A stretch of 64,000 nucleotides of DNA from an uncultured Desulfospira sp. GTDB lineage: Bacteria; Desulfobacterota; Desulfobacteria; Desulfobacterales; Desulfobacteraceae. The stretch is taken from contig OY760175.1 in assembly GCA_963663165.1 (NCBI GenBank), positions 1,472,001-1,536,000 of the forward strand, written 5' to 3'. The notes under the pieces are model-generated. The model had not been told where the DNA came from. It saw only the letters and a program-made list of their open reading frames with translations, and made no database searches. Positions 8,934-19,930 of the stretch are shown in pieces (position 1 is the first letter of the stretch; each line of letters starts with the position of its first letter). The translations under genes were made by a program, and so were the position numbers.

Positions 8934-10048
8934 GCCCCAAAGGCGATCCGGCCATGGCGGACCAGGCCACGGACCTGCCGTTGCTGTACTGGCCCCAGGG
9001 GGAATCTCCCCTGATCAAGAACGTCAATGCGGCCCGGACCGTGGAGCAGCTTGGCGATATCCACCAGAAGCTGTGCCGCACCCTTTTGTCCCCCATCCAA
9101 AACGGGATCAGCCCGGAAGCCATCACCCATCTGATCACCAGCTTTTCAGATGCGGTCATCGACAAAATCATGGCCCTGGCCCTCAATGAAACCGGACCGC
9201 CGCCCTGCCCCTTTGTGTTTATGACCATGGGCTCCGAAGGCCGGCAGGAACAAACCCTTATTTCCGACCAGGACAATGCCATTATTTTTGAAGATATGGC
9301 CGATAAAGCCAGGGCCCAAGAGGCCAAGGCCTTTTTTGACCACCTGGCCCAAACGGTCTGTGCCGGCTTAGACCGCGCCGGCTACCGGTTCTGCGAAGGA
9401 AACAACATGGCCCAGAACCCCAAGTGGTGCCAGCCCCTGTCGGTCTGGAAAGGGTACTTTCATGAGTGGATTCATGCCGCAGAGCCCGAGGACCTGCTCC
9501 ATTCCAGTATTTTTTTTGATTTCAGGGGAACCTTCGGCCAGCTGTCCCTGGCAGACCAGCTCAAGGCCTTTTTGTTTAAATCCATTAAAGGGTGGGCCGG
9601 ATTTTTACGGCACATGGCGGAAAACGCCCTGTGTTTCAGGCCGCCTTTGGGCCTGTTCAACAAGTTCCTGGTTGAGACCGAAAAGGGGCCCCATAAAGAC
9701 TGCATCGATATTAAGTATGCCCTGCTTCCTGTTGTGGATTACGCCCGGGTGTATGCCCTGAAACATTCCATTCCCGAGACCAACACCTTAGGAAGGCTCA
9801 AGCAGCTGCACACGAAAAATATCTTGACGCCAAAAGAACACGTCCATATAGTCCAGGCCTATAATTTTCTGATGGGTTTGCGGTTTCAACGACAGGCCAC
9901 AGCCCTCATGGACCAGGAAAAAGAGCCGGATAATTTTGTTAACCCGGGCAGTCTCTCCAAATTTGACCGGCTGATGTTAAGGGAAGTTCTCAAAATGGCG
10001 CGTAAAATGCAGCAGAAACTGGGAATAGAATTTATAGGGGTGGTTTAA
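8930..10048 (+). CDS. DUF294 putative nucleotidyltransferase with DUF294_C domain
   Basis: MGSEGRQEQTLISDQDNAI (GS...DxD), NMAQNPKWC, IFFDFR, DIKY; no cNMP/CBS domains visible. Confidence 0.85.
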   Translation: MSPKGDPAMADQATDLPLLYWPQGESPLIKNVNAARTVEQLGDIHQKLCRTLLSPIQNGISPEAITHLITSFSDAVIDKIMALALNETGPPPCPFVFMTMGSEGRQEQTLISDQDNAIIFEDMADKARAQEAKAFFDHLAQTVCAGLDRAGYRFCEGNNMAQNPKWCQPLSVWKGYFHEWIHAAEPEDLLHSSIFFDFRGTFGQLSLADQLKAFLFKSIKGWAGFLRHMAENALCFRPPLGLFNKFLVETEKGPHKDCIDIKYALLPVVDYARVYALKHSIPETNTLGRLKQLHTKNILTPKEHVHIVQAYNFLMGLRFQRQATALMDQEKEPDNFVNPGSLSKFDRLMLREVLKMARKMQQKLGIEFIGVV

Positions 10049-10049
10049 A

Positions 10050-10937
10050 TTGGCACCTGACCCTGATATGCCGGCGGCAGCCGGCCTGGTCGGCGCCCAT
10101 TTTTCAACATCAAAGGGGCTTGAACAGGCGGTGTATACGGCAAAGGACTTAGGGTGTGCCGTCCTTCAGCTGTTCACTAAAAACGGCCGGACATGGCAGG
10201 AAAAGGACCTGGTTTCAGATCAGGTGGACACTTTTTGCAAGGCCCGCCGGGAGGCGGGCATCACCTGGGTCCTCTCCCACTGCACCTATCTGATCAACAT
10301 TGCCTCAAACGACAGGGACAAGCTTGAAAAATCCAGGGCGGCCCTGCTGGCAGAAATGGAAAGGTCCGCAACCCTTGGGATTAATTATGTGGTCCTTCAT
10401 CCCGGTTCCCACATGGGCCGGGGAGAAGAAAAAGGACTTGAAGCCGCAGCCGAATCTTTGAACCGGGTCTTGTCCAAAAGGGATTCTTCATGGCCCATGC
10501 TGCTGCTGGAAACCACGGCCGGCCAGGGCACCAACTTAGGACACACCTTTGAACAGCTCGCCTTTCTGTTAGACAACCTTGATTCTCAAGGGGCCGCCGG
10601 GGTCTGCCTGGACACCAGCCATATGTTTGCCGCCGGATATGATATCTCCGGTGCTAAGGCCTATGAACAGACCATGGCAGCCCTGGAAAAAAGTATCGGC
10701 CGCAACCGGGTCCACGCCATCCATGTCAACGATTCAAAAGCCCCTTTGGGCTCCGGAAAAGACCGGCACGAGCATATCGGCAAAGGGTGTATCGGAGCCA
10801 GCGGATTTGAACTGATCATGGCCGATCAGCGGCTGTCCCATCTTCCCAAAATACTGGAAACCCCTAAAGAACTGGATAACGTTCCCATGGACCCGGTGAA
10901 TCTTGCCTTGTTGCGGCGGATGATCCCCAAAACATAA
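10050..10937 (+). CDS. nfo: Endonuclease IV
   Basis: GAHFS, LHPGSH, LLETTAGQG, CLDTSH, HVNDS, DRHEHIG, ILETP; exact start uncertain. Confidence 0.92.
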   Translation: MAPDPDMPAAAGLVGAHFSTSKGLEQAVYTAKDLGCAVLQLFTKNGRTWQEKDLVSDQVDTFCKARREAGITWVLSHCTYLINIASNDRDKLEKSRAALLAEMERSATLGINYVVLHPGSHMGRGEEKGLEAAAESLNRVLSKRDSSWPMLLLETTAGQGTNLGHTFEQLAFLLDNLDSQGAAGVCLDTSHMFAAGYDISGAKAYEQTMAALEKSIGRNRVHAIHVNDSKAPLGSGKDRHEHIGKGCIGASGFELIMADQRLSHLPKILETPKELDNVPMDPVNLALLRRMIPKT

Positions 10938-10945
10938 AAAATGAA

Positions 10946-11020
10946 GACTGGAAACGGGAGACCGGAAACCGCAGTTTCATCGGATATACGCATTCCGGTC
11001 TCCGGTTTCCGGTTCGCCCC
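10946..11020. repeat. Inverted heptamer arrays (GGAAACC/GGAGACC)n / (GGTCTCC/GGTTTCC)n
   Basis: ctggaaacgggagaccggaaaccg ... ccggtctccggtttccggtt. Confidence 0.7.
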
Positions 11021-11080
11021 CTTGAAATTCAACCCCAGGAGTGGTAAATCAGGTCAGATTTAAATTGTAAGGATACCATT

Positions 11081-11278
11081 ATGTGTGAATCAAACGTATA
11101 TGTCAGGCAGAACGGTCAGGAAGAACTGGTCATGGAAAACGTGGCCGCCATCACCCCGTCCGGGGAAAACACCTTTCTTCTCAAGGGACTGCTTGGGGAA
11201 AGCCGGGAAATTAAAGGCATTATCGAGGACATCAACCTCATGGGGCATAAAATCATCCTAAAGGCGCTGGAGAACTGA
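11081..11278 (+). CDS. CooT-family small (nickel-binding) protein
   Basis: MCESNVY start, EELVMENV, LLGE..I.G.I..INLMGHKI pattern. Confidence 0.75.
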   Translation: MCESNVYVRQNGQEELVMENVAAITPSGENTFLLKGLLGESREIKGIIEDINLMGHKIILKALEN

Positions 11279-11310
11279 TAGCCGATTTGCTGTAAGCGTC
11301 AGACTGCCCT

Positions 11311-11865
11311 GTGACTGAGAAGTTTAAGACATACCTTGAAACCATTGCCCTGGCCAATGGCCTGGAAAAAAATGTCCAGTGGATGTTCTATCCGGGAATG
11401 CTCCAGGACAGCCGTGCCAAATGGTGGGATGATTTTTTAACCCGCCATGCTTACCATGAAGGCATCGACATCTGCTTTCACCGGGACCCGGCCCAAAAAG
11501 AGATGAAATTTCACTGGGGACTTAAGGTGCCGGCCTTTGACCGGGGGACCATCCTCAATATCTGCAAGGATTTCCTAGGCCAGTCTCTAATCGTAGAACA
11601 TGACGGGTATGAAAATCTTCCGCTAAGGGTGGTTTTCGTTTACTCCCACATAGACCCGGAACCCGGGTTATCCCCGGGGTCCAGGATCCAGAAAGGACAG
11701 ATCATTGCCCGGGTGTCTGATACCCGGCCCCAGAAATCCAAACTCATCTCCCATCTGCACCTTTCCTGTATTGAACTTGGCCGTGACATTGCCTTTGAAC
11801 AGCTCAACTGGGACCTGTTTCCCTCAAGGGATCAGGTGAATCTGATTAACCCGGTATTTATATAG
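11311..11865 (+). CDS. M23 peptidase-like protein
   Basis: HEGID, YSHI, HLHLS zinc motifs. Confidence 0.7.
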   Translation: MTEKFKTYLETIALANGLEKNVQWMFYPGMLQDSRAKWWDDFLTRHAYHEGIDICFHRDPAQKEMKFHWGLKVPAFDRGTILNICKDFLGQSLIVEHDGYENLPLRVVFVYSHIDPEPGLSPGSRIQKGQIIARVSDTRPQKSKLISHLHLSCIELGRDIAFEQLNWDLFPSRDQVNLINPVFI

Positions 11866-12017
11866 CCCGAATATTAGAAAACCCAAATCCGGCATCCCTG
11901 TAAAATAACGATTTTTCAGCCTGTTAAATCCCAAAAGAAGAATTGAAAAAATCTAAAATTTGATCTATGATCACCAGAATTTAACTAGGACATTTGAACA
12001 TATTGTGGAGAAAATGA

Positions 12018-12497
12018 ATGAAAACCGTTAAATTTCTTATTTTATTGATCGTCCTGGGACTGTTGGGGCTTTTGGTGTGGCAGAACCAGGAATACTTCCT
12101 GTCAAGGCACCCCCTGATTTTTGATCTCAAGGTATCCAACTGGGGCTGGACGATTCCCGCATTTCCCGAGATCGGATTCTGGGGCATCTGTTTTGGGCTC
12201 GGATTGTTGATCAGCGGTATAAAAGGGCTGACCATCTCTTTTTCTCTGGGCAGGGAAATCAAGAAAAAAGAGGCGCAACTGGCATCATTGCGGCAGGATA
12301 TCGCCAAGGTGAAAGAACGGCTGGACGTTTTCATTCATGATCCGTTCATCAAAAAGGTCGTTGACCCGGAAACCGGTGATCTGCTGCCTGAGGAAAAGGC
12401 TGAAACCCCGGACCTTCCAACGCCGTCGGCCCCTGAGGCTGACAAAAAACCGGAATCACCGGAAGATCCGGCCCCGGACAATTCGCCCAAAGCATAA
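12018..12497 (+). CDS. LapA-like (DUF1049) membrane protein
   Basis: TM ending VWQN, second TM, coiled coil, low-complexity tail. Confidence 0.6.
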   Translation: MKTVKFLILLIVLGLLGLLVWQNQEYFLSRHPLIFDLKVSNWGWTIPAFPEIGFWGICFGLGLLISGIKGLTISFSLGREIKKKEAQLASLRQDIAKVKERLDVFIHDPFIKKVVDPETGDLLPEEKAETPDLPTPSAPEADKKPESPEDPAPDNSPKA

Positions 12498-12638
12498 CCT
12501 CGCCATAACGGCTGTGAACCGGTTTGACTTTTTCCTTAACCGCATGGCCACAGCAAAGTACGAAAGAATTCAATCGGTTTGCCGGTTCTTTCTAAAAAAT
12601 GAATTCAAACCACAAGGCGGCCCGTCACATTTAAGCCA

Positions 12639-15311
12639 ATGAGTGAAAAAAAGAACACCCCCATGATGGAACAATACCTGTCCATCAAGGAAGAATACCC
12701 TGACACCATACTCTTTTACAGAATGGGGGACTTCTATGAGATGTTCAACCAGGACGCCCATAAGGCTGCCGGCATCCTGGAAATTGCCCTGACCTCCCGG
12801 AACAAAAATGACAAAGACCCCATTCCCATGTGCGGGGTCCCTTTTAAAGCCGCTGACAATTACATTTCCAGGCTCATTGAAAACGGCTGCAAAGTCGCCG
12901 TGTGCGAACAGGTGGAAGACCCGGCCCAGAGTAAAGGCCTGGTTAAGCGCCAGGTGGTCCGGGTGGTCACCCCGGGGATGATCTTAAATGAGTCCCTTCT
13001 GGACAAAACCACCAATAACTTTTTGCTTTCCTTGAGCAGTGTAAAGGACTATGCCGGGCTGGCCTGCTTAGACATCTCCACGGGCAGCTTCAGAACCTGC
13101 CAGGTGCCCAGAACATCATCCGTATTTCCGGCCGCCCTTCTCGACGAGGCCATGAAACTGGATCCCAAGGAGATTCTGCTGCCGGCCCAGTTTGAACGGG
13201 ACCCCGTGTTCAAACAGGTGAGAAAAGCCTTTTCCGGCCGGCAGATCACCTACCTGCCCCGGTCGGAGTTCACCGAAGCCGATGCCAGGGACCGGCTGAC
13301 CCGTCAATTTAAAACCAGAAGCCTTGAAGGGTTCGGCATTGAGGAAAAGCCTGCCGCCATATCGGCGGCCGGTGCGGTCCTGTCTTATGTCAGGGACACC
13401 CAGCTTACCGACAGCCGCCATATTTTCCAGATATCGGCCTATGACCTTGAAAATTACCTTAAAATCGACGACCGGTCCTGCAAAAACTTAGAACTTCTGG
13501 CCAATATCCAGACCCAGGATAAAAAGGGCAGTTTGATTTCGGTCCTGGACAAAACCGTTACGGCCATGGGCGGCCGGATGATCAAAAACTGGATCCGGCA
13601 CCCCCTGGTGGACAAAAACAAAATTGAAGAAAGGCTGTCTGCCGTTGAAGAGCTGCTCAATGCCGCCCATATTCATCAGCTTCTGGTAAACCACTTAAAA
13701 TCGGTATATGACCTGGAGCGCTTAGGTTCAAGAATCTCCATGGGCCAGGGAAACGCCCGGGATATGCTTTCTTTGAAAACCTCCCTTGAAAAGCTGCCGG
13801 ACATTTTCAGAGAACTGTCCATGTTCTCATCGCCCCTTTTAAACGGCAAGGGCCTGGATGAAAAAGACCGGGTCTTAGAAGAACTCACGGCCCTGGCCGG
13901 CCTTATCCATTCGGCCATAAGGGAAGATGCGGTCCATGTCCTCAACGAAGGCCATTTGATCAAAGACGGCTACAGCCCTGAATTAGACGAGCTGCTGGCC
14001 ATTTCAAGAGACGGAAAATCCTGGATCGCCAAAGCCGAGGCCAAGGAAAAAAAGGCCACCGGGCTCTCCTCCCTGAAAATAAAGTACAACAAGGTCTTCG
14101 GGTATTTTATCGAGGTTTCCAAAGCCCAGGCCCCATCGGTCCCGGACCATTATATCCGCAAGCAGACCCTGGTCAATGCGGAACGGTTCATTACCGAAGC
14201 CATGAAAGAGGTGGAATCCACCATCCTCAACGCCCAGGAAAAACGAAGCGCCCTGGAATACGATATTTTCTGCTCCGTAAGGGACCAGGTGGTTGCAAAA
14301 GCGATTTTTATTCTCAAGACCGCCCGGTTTATTGCCCGCATCGACACCCTTCAGGGGTTTGCCGCCGCTGCCATGGAAAACAACTATGTCAGGCCCCATA
14401 TTAACGAGTCCAAAGAAATCTTCATTGAAGAGGGGCGCCATCCTGTGGTAGAAAAACTCATCCAGGGAGAACGGTATGTGCCCAACTCCGTTGAGATGGA
14501 CAATCAGACCCACCAGGTGCTGCTGATCACCGGTCCCAACATGGCCGGAAAATCAACGGTGCTGCGTCAGGTGGCCTTAACCGTACTCATGGCCCAGACC
14601 GGGTCTTTTGTGCCGGCCAAAAAAGCGTCGATCTGCCTGGTGGACCGGATATTTACCCGGGTGGGGGCACTGGACAACCTGTCGTCAGGCCAGTCCACCT
14701 TTATGGTTGAAATGGAAGAAACCGCCAACATCGTCAACAACGCCACACCGGACAGTCTGGTGATTTTAGACGAAATCGGCCGGGGCACCTCCACCTATGA
14801 CGGCATGAGCATTGCCTGGGCCGTGGCTGATTTTCTCCATGACCTTGGCGGGCAGGGGGTGAAGACCCTTTTTGCCACCCACTACCATGAACTGACCCGG
14901 CTTGAAGACCTCAAGCCCCGGGTTAAAAACTTCAACATTGCCGTGAAGGAGTTTAACGACAACATTGTTTTTTTAAGACGGCTGATTAAAGGGGGCACCA
15001 ATAAAAGCTACGGCATCCAGGTGGCAAGGCTTGCCGGCATCCCGGATGCCATTATCCACTGCGCCAAGCATGTCCTGTCCGGCACGGAAAAACAGGGGCA
15101 GGTCCCTATAGACAGCCTGCCCGCTTCCGAGTCTCAAAAACCGGCCCAACGGCGCAAAAAGAAAAAATCGGTTTCAGACCCCGGCCAAATGGAGTTGTTT
15201 GACACCAGAGGCCAGGATTTAAACGACATGCTGAAAAAAGCAGACATTTCCAATATGACCCCGTTACAGGCGCTGAATTTGTTAAACGAAATGAAACAAA
15301 AGGTACTATAG
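12639..15311 (+). CDS. mutS: DNA mismatch repair protein MutS
   Basis: TPMMEQY, FYRMGDFYEMF, TGPNMAGKST, LDEIGRGT, FATHYHEL. Confidence 0.98.
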   Translation: MSEKKNTPMMEQYLSIKEEYPDTILFYRMGDFYEMFNQDAHKAAGILEIALTSRNKNDKDPIPMCGVPFKAADNYISRLIENGCKVAVCEQVEDPAQSKGLVKRQVVRVVTPGMILNESLLDKTTNNFLLSLSSVKDYAGLACLDISTGSFRTCQVPRTSSVFPAALLDEAMKLDPKEILLPAQFERDPVFKQVRKAFSGRQITYLPRSEFTEADARDRLTRQFKTRSLEGFGIEEKPAAISAAGAVLSYVRDTQLTDSRHIFQISAYDLENYLKIDDRSCKNLELLANIQTQDKKGSLISVLDKTVTAMGGRMIKNWIRHPLVDKNKIEERLSAVEELLNAAHIHQLLVNHLKSVYDLERLGSRISMGQGNARDMLSLKTSLEKLPDIFRELSMFSSPLLNGKGLDEKDRVLEELTALAGLIHSAIREDAVHVLNEGHLIKDGYSPELDELLAISRDGKSWIAKAEAKEKKATGLSSLKIKYNKVFGYFIEVSKAQAPSVPDHYIRKQTLVNAERFITEAMKEVESTILNAQEKRSALEYDIFCSVRDQVVAKAIFILKTARFIARIDTLQGFAAAAMENNYVRPHINESKEIFIEEGRHPVVEKLIQGERYVPNSVEMDNQTHQVLLITGPNMAGKSTVLRQVALTVLMAQTGSFVPAKKASICLVDRIFTRVGALDNLSSGQSTFMVEMEETANIVNNATPDSLVILDEIGRGTSTYDGMSIAWAVADFLHDLGGQGVKTLFATHYHELTRLEDLKPRVKNFNIAVKEFNDNIVFLRRLIKGGTNKSYGIQVARLAGIPDAIIHCAKHVLSGTEKQGQVPIDSLPASESQKPAQRRKKKKSVSDPGQMELFDTRGQDLNDMLKKADISNMTPLQALNLLNEMKQKVL

Positions 15312-15317
15312 TTAACC

Positions 15318-17174
15318 ATGCCAGGGCGTAAATCCACTGTTGATCTTTTAAGGCCGGATTTGCCTTTAACATTAAGCGCTTCTTCAGGAAAAAGCGTTCT
15401 GTTGCGGGTGTTGCTGGGCTGCATCCTGATTTTTCTGATGTCCGGGTCCCAGGCCCTGGCCCAGACCGGGGCAAAAAACAAATACCTTGAAGCCGACGCC
15501 TGCTATAAAAAACTGCGCCACTCAGAAGAAAAAAAGAAAAAACTGCTGGAATGGCTCAACTGCATTGACCGGTATGAGGATATATACCTCAAGTATCCGG
15601 ATTCCTCCTGGGCCCCGGCCGGCATGTATAAAGCCGCCCAGCTGTACCTGACCTTGTTTGACATGTCTGCGGACAGCATCTACCAGACCCGGGCCGCCGA
15701 TCTTCTGGCCAGAATTCAAAAAAGATATCCCGCAAGCGCTTACAGCCCCCGGGCGGAAAAACTGTTAAAGACCTTCACCAAAGGGCCTGTCACCGTACCG
15801 GTTAAACATTTGCGGTCCAAAAAAGCCCAGACCCGGAAACGGACCATCTCCCCTGAAAATGCGGAAGGCAGAACAGCGGACCTGGCCCGGCCAAACCCGC
15901 TGCCGGATATGGAGGATTCGCCGGATCAGGGGGACCCTGTGGACCCGGATGAGTCTTCGGATCAGGAGGAGTCCCCGCAAATTTGTGCCAGCCCCCAGGA
16001 AACCGAACCGGACACCCCGGAAGGCGACACCCACGTCACTGACTTACGGTTCTGGTCCAACCCGGAATACACCCGGGTCGTGATCAATGCATCCTCCCAG
16101 CGGGACTATACCCACAGGCTTTTAAAAAAGGACCCCTCCATCAACCAGCCTTTTGAGCGGCTTTACGTGGATATTGAGCATTCAAGGCTTGCCCAGGAAG
16201 TGCCCGGCCACACCCTGATTGACGACAACCTGCTCAAACAGGCCCGGGCCGGACAGTACCTTCCCCATACGGTCCGGGTGGTGGTGGACATTAAATCCTT
16301 TGAAAATTATAAGATTTTCTCCCTTAAAGACCCCTTTCGAATCGTTATTGACGTCTGGGGGACCGGGGACGGCACCCCCCTGCCTATCGACGGCGGAAAG
16401 CAAGTTGCCGCCGCCCCCAAAGAAACCCCCAAACAGATCACCACGGATCATTTAAAATCTTCGGATATCACCCGGCAGCTGGCCTTAGGGGTTCGCAAAA
16501 TCGTTATTGATCCGGGACACGGGGGGTCTGATCCCGGTGCCCCGGGAGCCATTAAAGGGGTGTGGGAAAAAGATATTGTCTTAAAACTGGCCACCACCCT
16601 GGCCCAGGAACTGCGGGACCGGATGCACTGCACCGTGGTCCTAACCCGGAGTACGGACAAAAAGCTGACCTTAGAAGAGCGGACCGCCATTGCCAATACC
16701 CAGCGGGCCGACCTGTTCATCTCCCTTCACTGCAATGCAGCCCAAAGCAAGACTCTCCGGGGCATTGAGACCTATATACTCAACCTGGCCACGGACGAGC
16801 AGGCCATTGCCGTTGCGGCCCGGGAAAACGCCACATCCAAGAAAAATATTTCAGACCTGGAATATATACTAAGCGACCTGATGAAAAACGCCAAAATTGA
16901 AGAATCCACCCGCCTGGCCAACGATGTTCACCAGGCCCTGGTCACCGGAACGAAAAAAAAATATTCAGACATTAAAGACCTTGGGGTGAAGCAGGCCCCC
17001 TTTTATGTGCTGCTTGGCGCCCGGATGCCGTCGATTCTCATTGAAAGTTCCTTCATCAGCAACAAAAAGGAATGCAAACGGCTTTTGACTGCATCCTATA
17101 GAAATGTTATCTGTAATGCCATTGCCGACGGGGTTGAAAAATACATCAATGCGACAAATCCCCGACAGCTTTAA
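15318..17174 (+). CDS. N-acetylmuramoyl-L-alanine amidase (TPR-like + AMIN + Amidase_3)
   Basis: IDPGHGG, EKD, LFISLHCNA, PSILIE; AMIN-like YTRVV/RIVID; start uncertain. Confidence 0.9.
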   Translation: MPGRKSTVDLLRPDLPLTLSASSGKSVLLRVLLGCILIFLMSGSQALAQTGAKNKYLEADACYKKLRHSEEKKKKLLEWLNCIDRYEDIYLKYPDSSWAPAGMYKAAQLYLTLFDMSADSIYQTRAADLLARIQKRYPASAYSPRAEKLLKTFTKGPVTVPVKHLRSKKAQTRKRTISPENAEGRTADLARPNPLPDMEDSPDQGDPVDPDESSDQEESPQICASPQETEPDTPEGDTHVTDLRFWSNPEYTRVVINASSQRDYTHRLLKKDPSINQPFERLYVDIEHSRLAQEVPGHTLIDDNLLKQARAGQYLPHTVRVVVDIKSFENYKIFSLKDPFRIVIDVWGTGDGTPLPIDGGKQVAAAPKETPKQITTDHLKSSDITRQLALGVRKIVIDPGHGGSDPGAPGAIKGVWEKDIVLKLATTLAQELRDRMHCTVVLTRSTDKKLTLEERTAIANTQRADLFISLHCNAAQSKTLRGIETYILNLATDEQAIAVAARENATSKKNISDLEYILSDLMKNAKIEESTRLANDVHQALVTGTKKKYSDIKDLGVKQAPFYVLLGARMPSILIESSFISNKKECKRLLTASYRNVICNAIADGVEKYINATNPRQL

Positions 17175-17235
17175 CCCCCATATGAAAAGGACCACAGTGA
17201 CCCTTGGAATGCCATGGTCCTAAATTTTAAAGGAG

Positions 17236-18030
17236 ATGCCCATGTCTTTTGAAAACATTATACTTGAAGTTGATGACCGGATTGCCACCATCTTTTTTAA
17301 CCGGCCCAAGGCGTTAAATGCACTGAACAACGCGACCTTTGATGAACTTGAACAAGCCCTTGACCAGGTTAAAGACACCCCGTCCATAAAGGTTTTAATC
17401 CTCACCGGTGCCGGAGACAAGGCCTTTGTTGCCGGGGCGGATATTGTGGAACTGTCCACCATGAACCCCTTACAGGGCAAGAACTTTTCCGCCAAAGGCC
17501 AGCGGGTGTTTTTTAAAATAAGGACCCTGCCCATTCCGGTGATTGCCGCTGTAAACGGCTATGCCCTTGGCGGGGGATCCGAAGCCGCATTGGCCTGTGA
17601 TTTTATCTATGCCTCGGACAGAGCGGTTTTCGGGCTGCCCGAGATTACGCTGGGATTGATTCCCGGGTTTGGCGGCACCCAGCGTCTGTCAAGGCTTATC
17701 GGCAATAAACTCACTAAAGAACTGGTGTTTACAGGTAAAAATATCAAGGCCGAGCAGGCCCTTGCATATGGCATGGTCAACCAGGTGTTTCCCCACGAGA
17801 CCCTGATGGAGGAAGTCCTTAAAACCGCGAAGGTTATAGCCTCAAAAGGGAAAGTGGCGTTACGGGCGGCCAAGGAAACCATCCATTACGGCAGCTTCTG
17901 CGATCTTGAAACCGGGTGCCGGATTGAAAATGACGCATTTGCATTGACCATGGCAAGTGATGATGCCAAGGAAGGCACCAAGGCCTTTCTTGAAAAACGT
18001 AAGCCTGAATTTAAAGGAGAGCTGGGATAG
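17236..18030 (+). CDS. Enoyl-CoA hydratase / crotonase
   Basis: NRPKALNALN, AFVAGADI, GYALGGGSE, PGFGGTQRL. Confidence 0.92.
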   Translation: MPMSFENIILEVDDRIATIFFNRPKALNALNNATFDELEQALDQVKDTPSIKVLILTGAGDKAFVAGADIVELSTMNPLQGKNFSAKGQRVFFKIRTLPIPVIAAVNGYALGGGSEAALACDFIYASDRAVFGLPEITLGLIPGFGGTQRLSRLIGNKLTKELVFTGKNIKAEQALAYGMVNQVFPHETLMEEVLKTAKVIASKGKVALRAAKETIHYGSFCDLETGCRIENDAFALTMASDDAKEGTKAFLEKRKPEFKGELG

Positions 18031-18081
18031 CCCTTCAAGTTCATGGCCATATAAAATTACATTAAGGAAAGAATAAGAATC

Positions 18082-19386
18082 ATGCCCATTTACGACATTG
18101 ACTTTGAAACCATGCCCAGAGAAGGTCTTGAGGCCATCCAGCTTCGCAGGCTTCAAACCACCCTTAAACGGGTCTATGCCACGGTTCCCTTCTACAAGAA
18201 GGAATTTGACAAGGCAGGGCTCAAACCCGAAGACGTTAAAAGCCTGGATGATTTAAGGCGGATCCCCTTTACCACCAAACAGGACTTAAGGGACAACTAT
18301 CCCTACCACATGTTTGCCGTTCCTATGGAGCAGGTGGTCCGGATCCACGCCTCTTCGGGGACAACCGGAAAACCCACGGTGGTGGGATACACCAAGCGGG
18401 ACATCAATACCTGGGCCGAGCTGATGGCCAGAAGCCTGAGTGCGGCCGGGGGAACCTGCGGCGACATCATTCACAACGCCTTTGGTTACGGCCTGTTCAC
18501 CGGCGGCCTCGGGGCCCACTACGGGGCTGAAAAACTCGGGGCTTCCGTCATTCCGGTCTCCGGCGGAAACACCAAGCGGCAGATTACCATCATGCAGGAT
18601 TTCAAGCCCACCCTGATCTGCGGCACCCCGTCTTATATTCTCCATCTCGCCGAAGTGGCCGAAGAAATGGGCGTTGATTTTCATGACCTGTCCTTTAAGG
18701 CCGGCATTTTCGGTGCCGAGCCCTGGACTGAAAAGATGAGGGCCGAAATCGAGGCCAAGCTGGATCTCAAAGCCATTGACATTTACGGGCTCAGCGAAGT
18801 TCTCGGACCCGGCGTTTCCATTGAATGCTGGGAGGAACAGGCCGGGTTGCATGTATTTGAAGATCATTTCATCGTTGAAGTGGTTGACCCGGATACCCTG
18901 GAACCCCTGCCCCACGGTGAAACCGGGGAGCTTGTCTTTACCTCCCTGACCAAGGAGGCCTTTCCCGTGATCCGGTACCGGACCAAGGATATCTCTTCGT
19001 TGAACCCGGTTCCCTGCACCTGCGGCAGAACCCATATCAGGATGAACAAACCCACTGGCCGGACAGACGACATGCTCATTATCCGGGGCGTAAACGTCTT
19101 CCCGTCCCAGATTGAAAGCGTTCTGATGGAAACCAAGCAGGTCCTTCCCCACTACCAGCTGGAAGTGGACCGCAAGGATAACCTGGACACCCTTACGGTT
19201 AAAGTAGAAATTGATGAAGAACTTTTCAGTGATGACATCAAGGGGCTCCAGGCCATGGAGCTTAACATTGCAAAAGACATCAAGGAGACCTTGGGTGTGT
19301 CGGCCAGGGTGCTTCTGGTGGAACCTAAAACCATTGAGAGAAGCCAGGGCAAGGCCGTAAGGGTCATCGACAAACGGCAGTTTTAA
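18082..19386 (+). CDS. paaK: Phenylacetate-CoA ligase family
   Basis: [42 protein letters not shown]. Confidence 0.9.
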   Translation: MPIYDIDFETMPREGLEAIQLRRLQTTLKRVYATVPFYKKEFDKAGLKPEDVKSLDDLRRIPFTTKQDLRDNYPYHMFAVPMEQVVRIHASSGTTGKPTVVGYTKRDINTWAELMARSLSAAGGTCGDIIHNAFGYGLFTGGLGAHYGAEKLGASVIPVSGGNTKRQITIMQDFKPTLICGTPSYILHLAEVAEEMGVDFHDLSFKAGIFGAEPWTEKMRAEIEAKLDLKAIDIYGLSEVLGPGVSIECWEEQAGLHVFEDHFIVEVVDPDTLEPLPHGETGELVFTSLTKEAFPVIRYRTKDISSLNPVPCTCGRTHIRMNKPTGRTDDMLIIRGVNVFPSQIESVLMETKQVLPHYQLEVDRKDNLDTLTVKVEIDEELFSDDIKGLQAMELNIAKDIKETLGVSARVLLVEPKTIERSQGKAVRVIDKRQF

Positions 19387-19392
19387 AAAAAA

Positions 19393-19476
19393 AGCTGTTA
19401 GCTATTAGCCATTAGCTGTTAGCTTTTAGGGTCGTTGGGCCAATAGCTAAATGCTAACGGCTAAAAGCTAACCGCT
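19393..19476. repeat. Inverted heptamer arrays (TTAGCTG/TTAGCTA)n / (GCTAA..)n
   Basis: agctgttagctattagccattagctgttagct ... atagctaaatgctaacggctaaaagctaaccgct. Confidence 0.75.
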
Positions 19477-19498
19477 CTAATACGAAAGGAAACAGTCC

Positions 19499-19930
19499 AT
19501 GTTTGCAGAACAAATATCCATATTTATTGAGAACAAGGAAGGACGGCTGGCCGAGGTCACCAACATCCTTAAAGAGGCCAAGGTAAACATCAGGGCATTG
19601 TCTCTGGCAGACACCACTGATTTTGGCGTGCTGCGCCTGATTGTCGACAACAATGAGGTGGCTGAGCAGGCCCTGAAAAAAGAAGGGTTTACCGTGGGGA
19701 AAACCAAGGTTCTGGCGGTTGAGGTTTCCGATGAGCCCGGCGGCCTGAACAAGGTTCTGGATCCCCTTTGCGCACAGGACGTCAATGTAGAGTACATGTA
19801 CGCCTTTGCCAATCCCAAATGCCAGAATGCCATCATGATTTTCCGGTTCCACGACTCCCAGAAGGCCTTGAGCATCCTCAACGAAAACGGGATCAGGGCC
19901 ATTGATGCCAAAGAACTGAGCAACCTATAG
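19499..19930 (+). CDS. Tandem ACT-domain protein (commonly next to paaK)
   Basis: QISIFIENKEGRL, DFGVLRLIV, NVEYMYAF. Confidence 0.88.
   Translation: MFAEQISIFIENKEGRLAEVTNILKEAKVNIRALSLADTTDFGVLRLIVDNNEVAEQALKKEGFTVGKTKVLAVEVSDEPGGLNKVLDPLCAQDVNVEYMYAFANPKCQNAIMIFRFHDSQKALSILNENGIRAIDAKELSNL

Noticed and set aside
18286..19152. Long antisense ORFs (e.g. 288 aa opposite paaK, 257 aa opposite prpE, 238 aa opposite acyl-CoA dehydrogenase)
   Set aside because: Shadow ORFs of GC-rich coding strands with no recognisable motifs.
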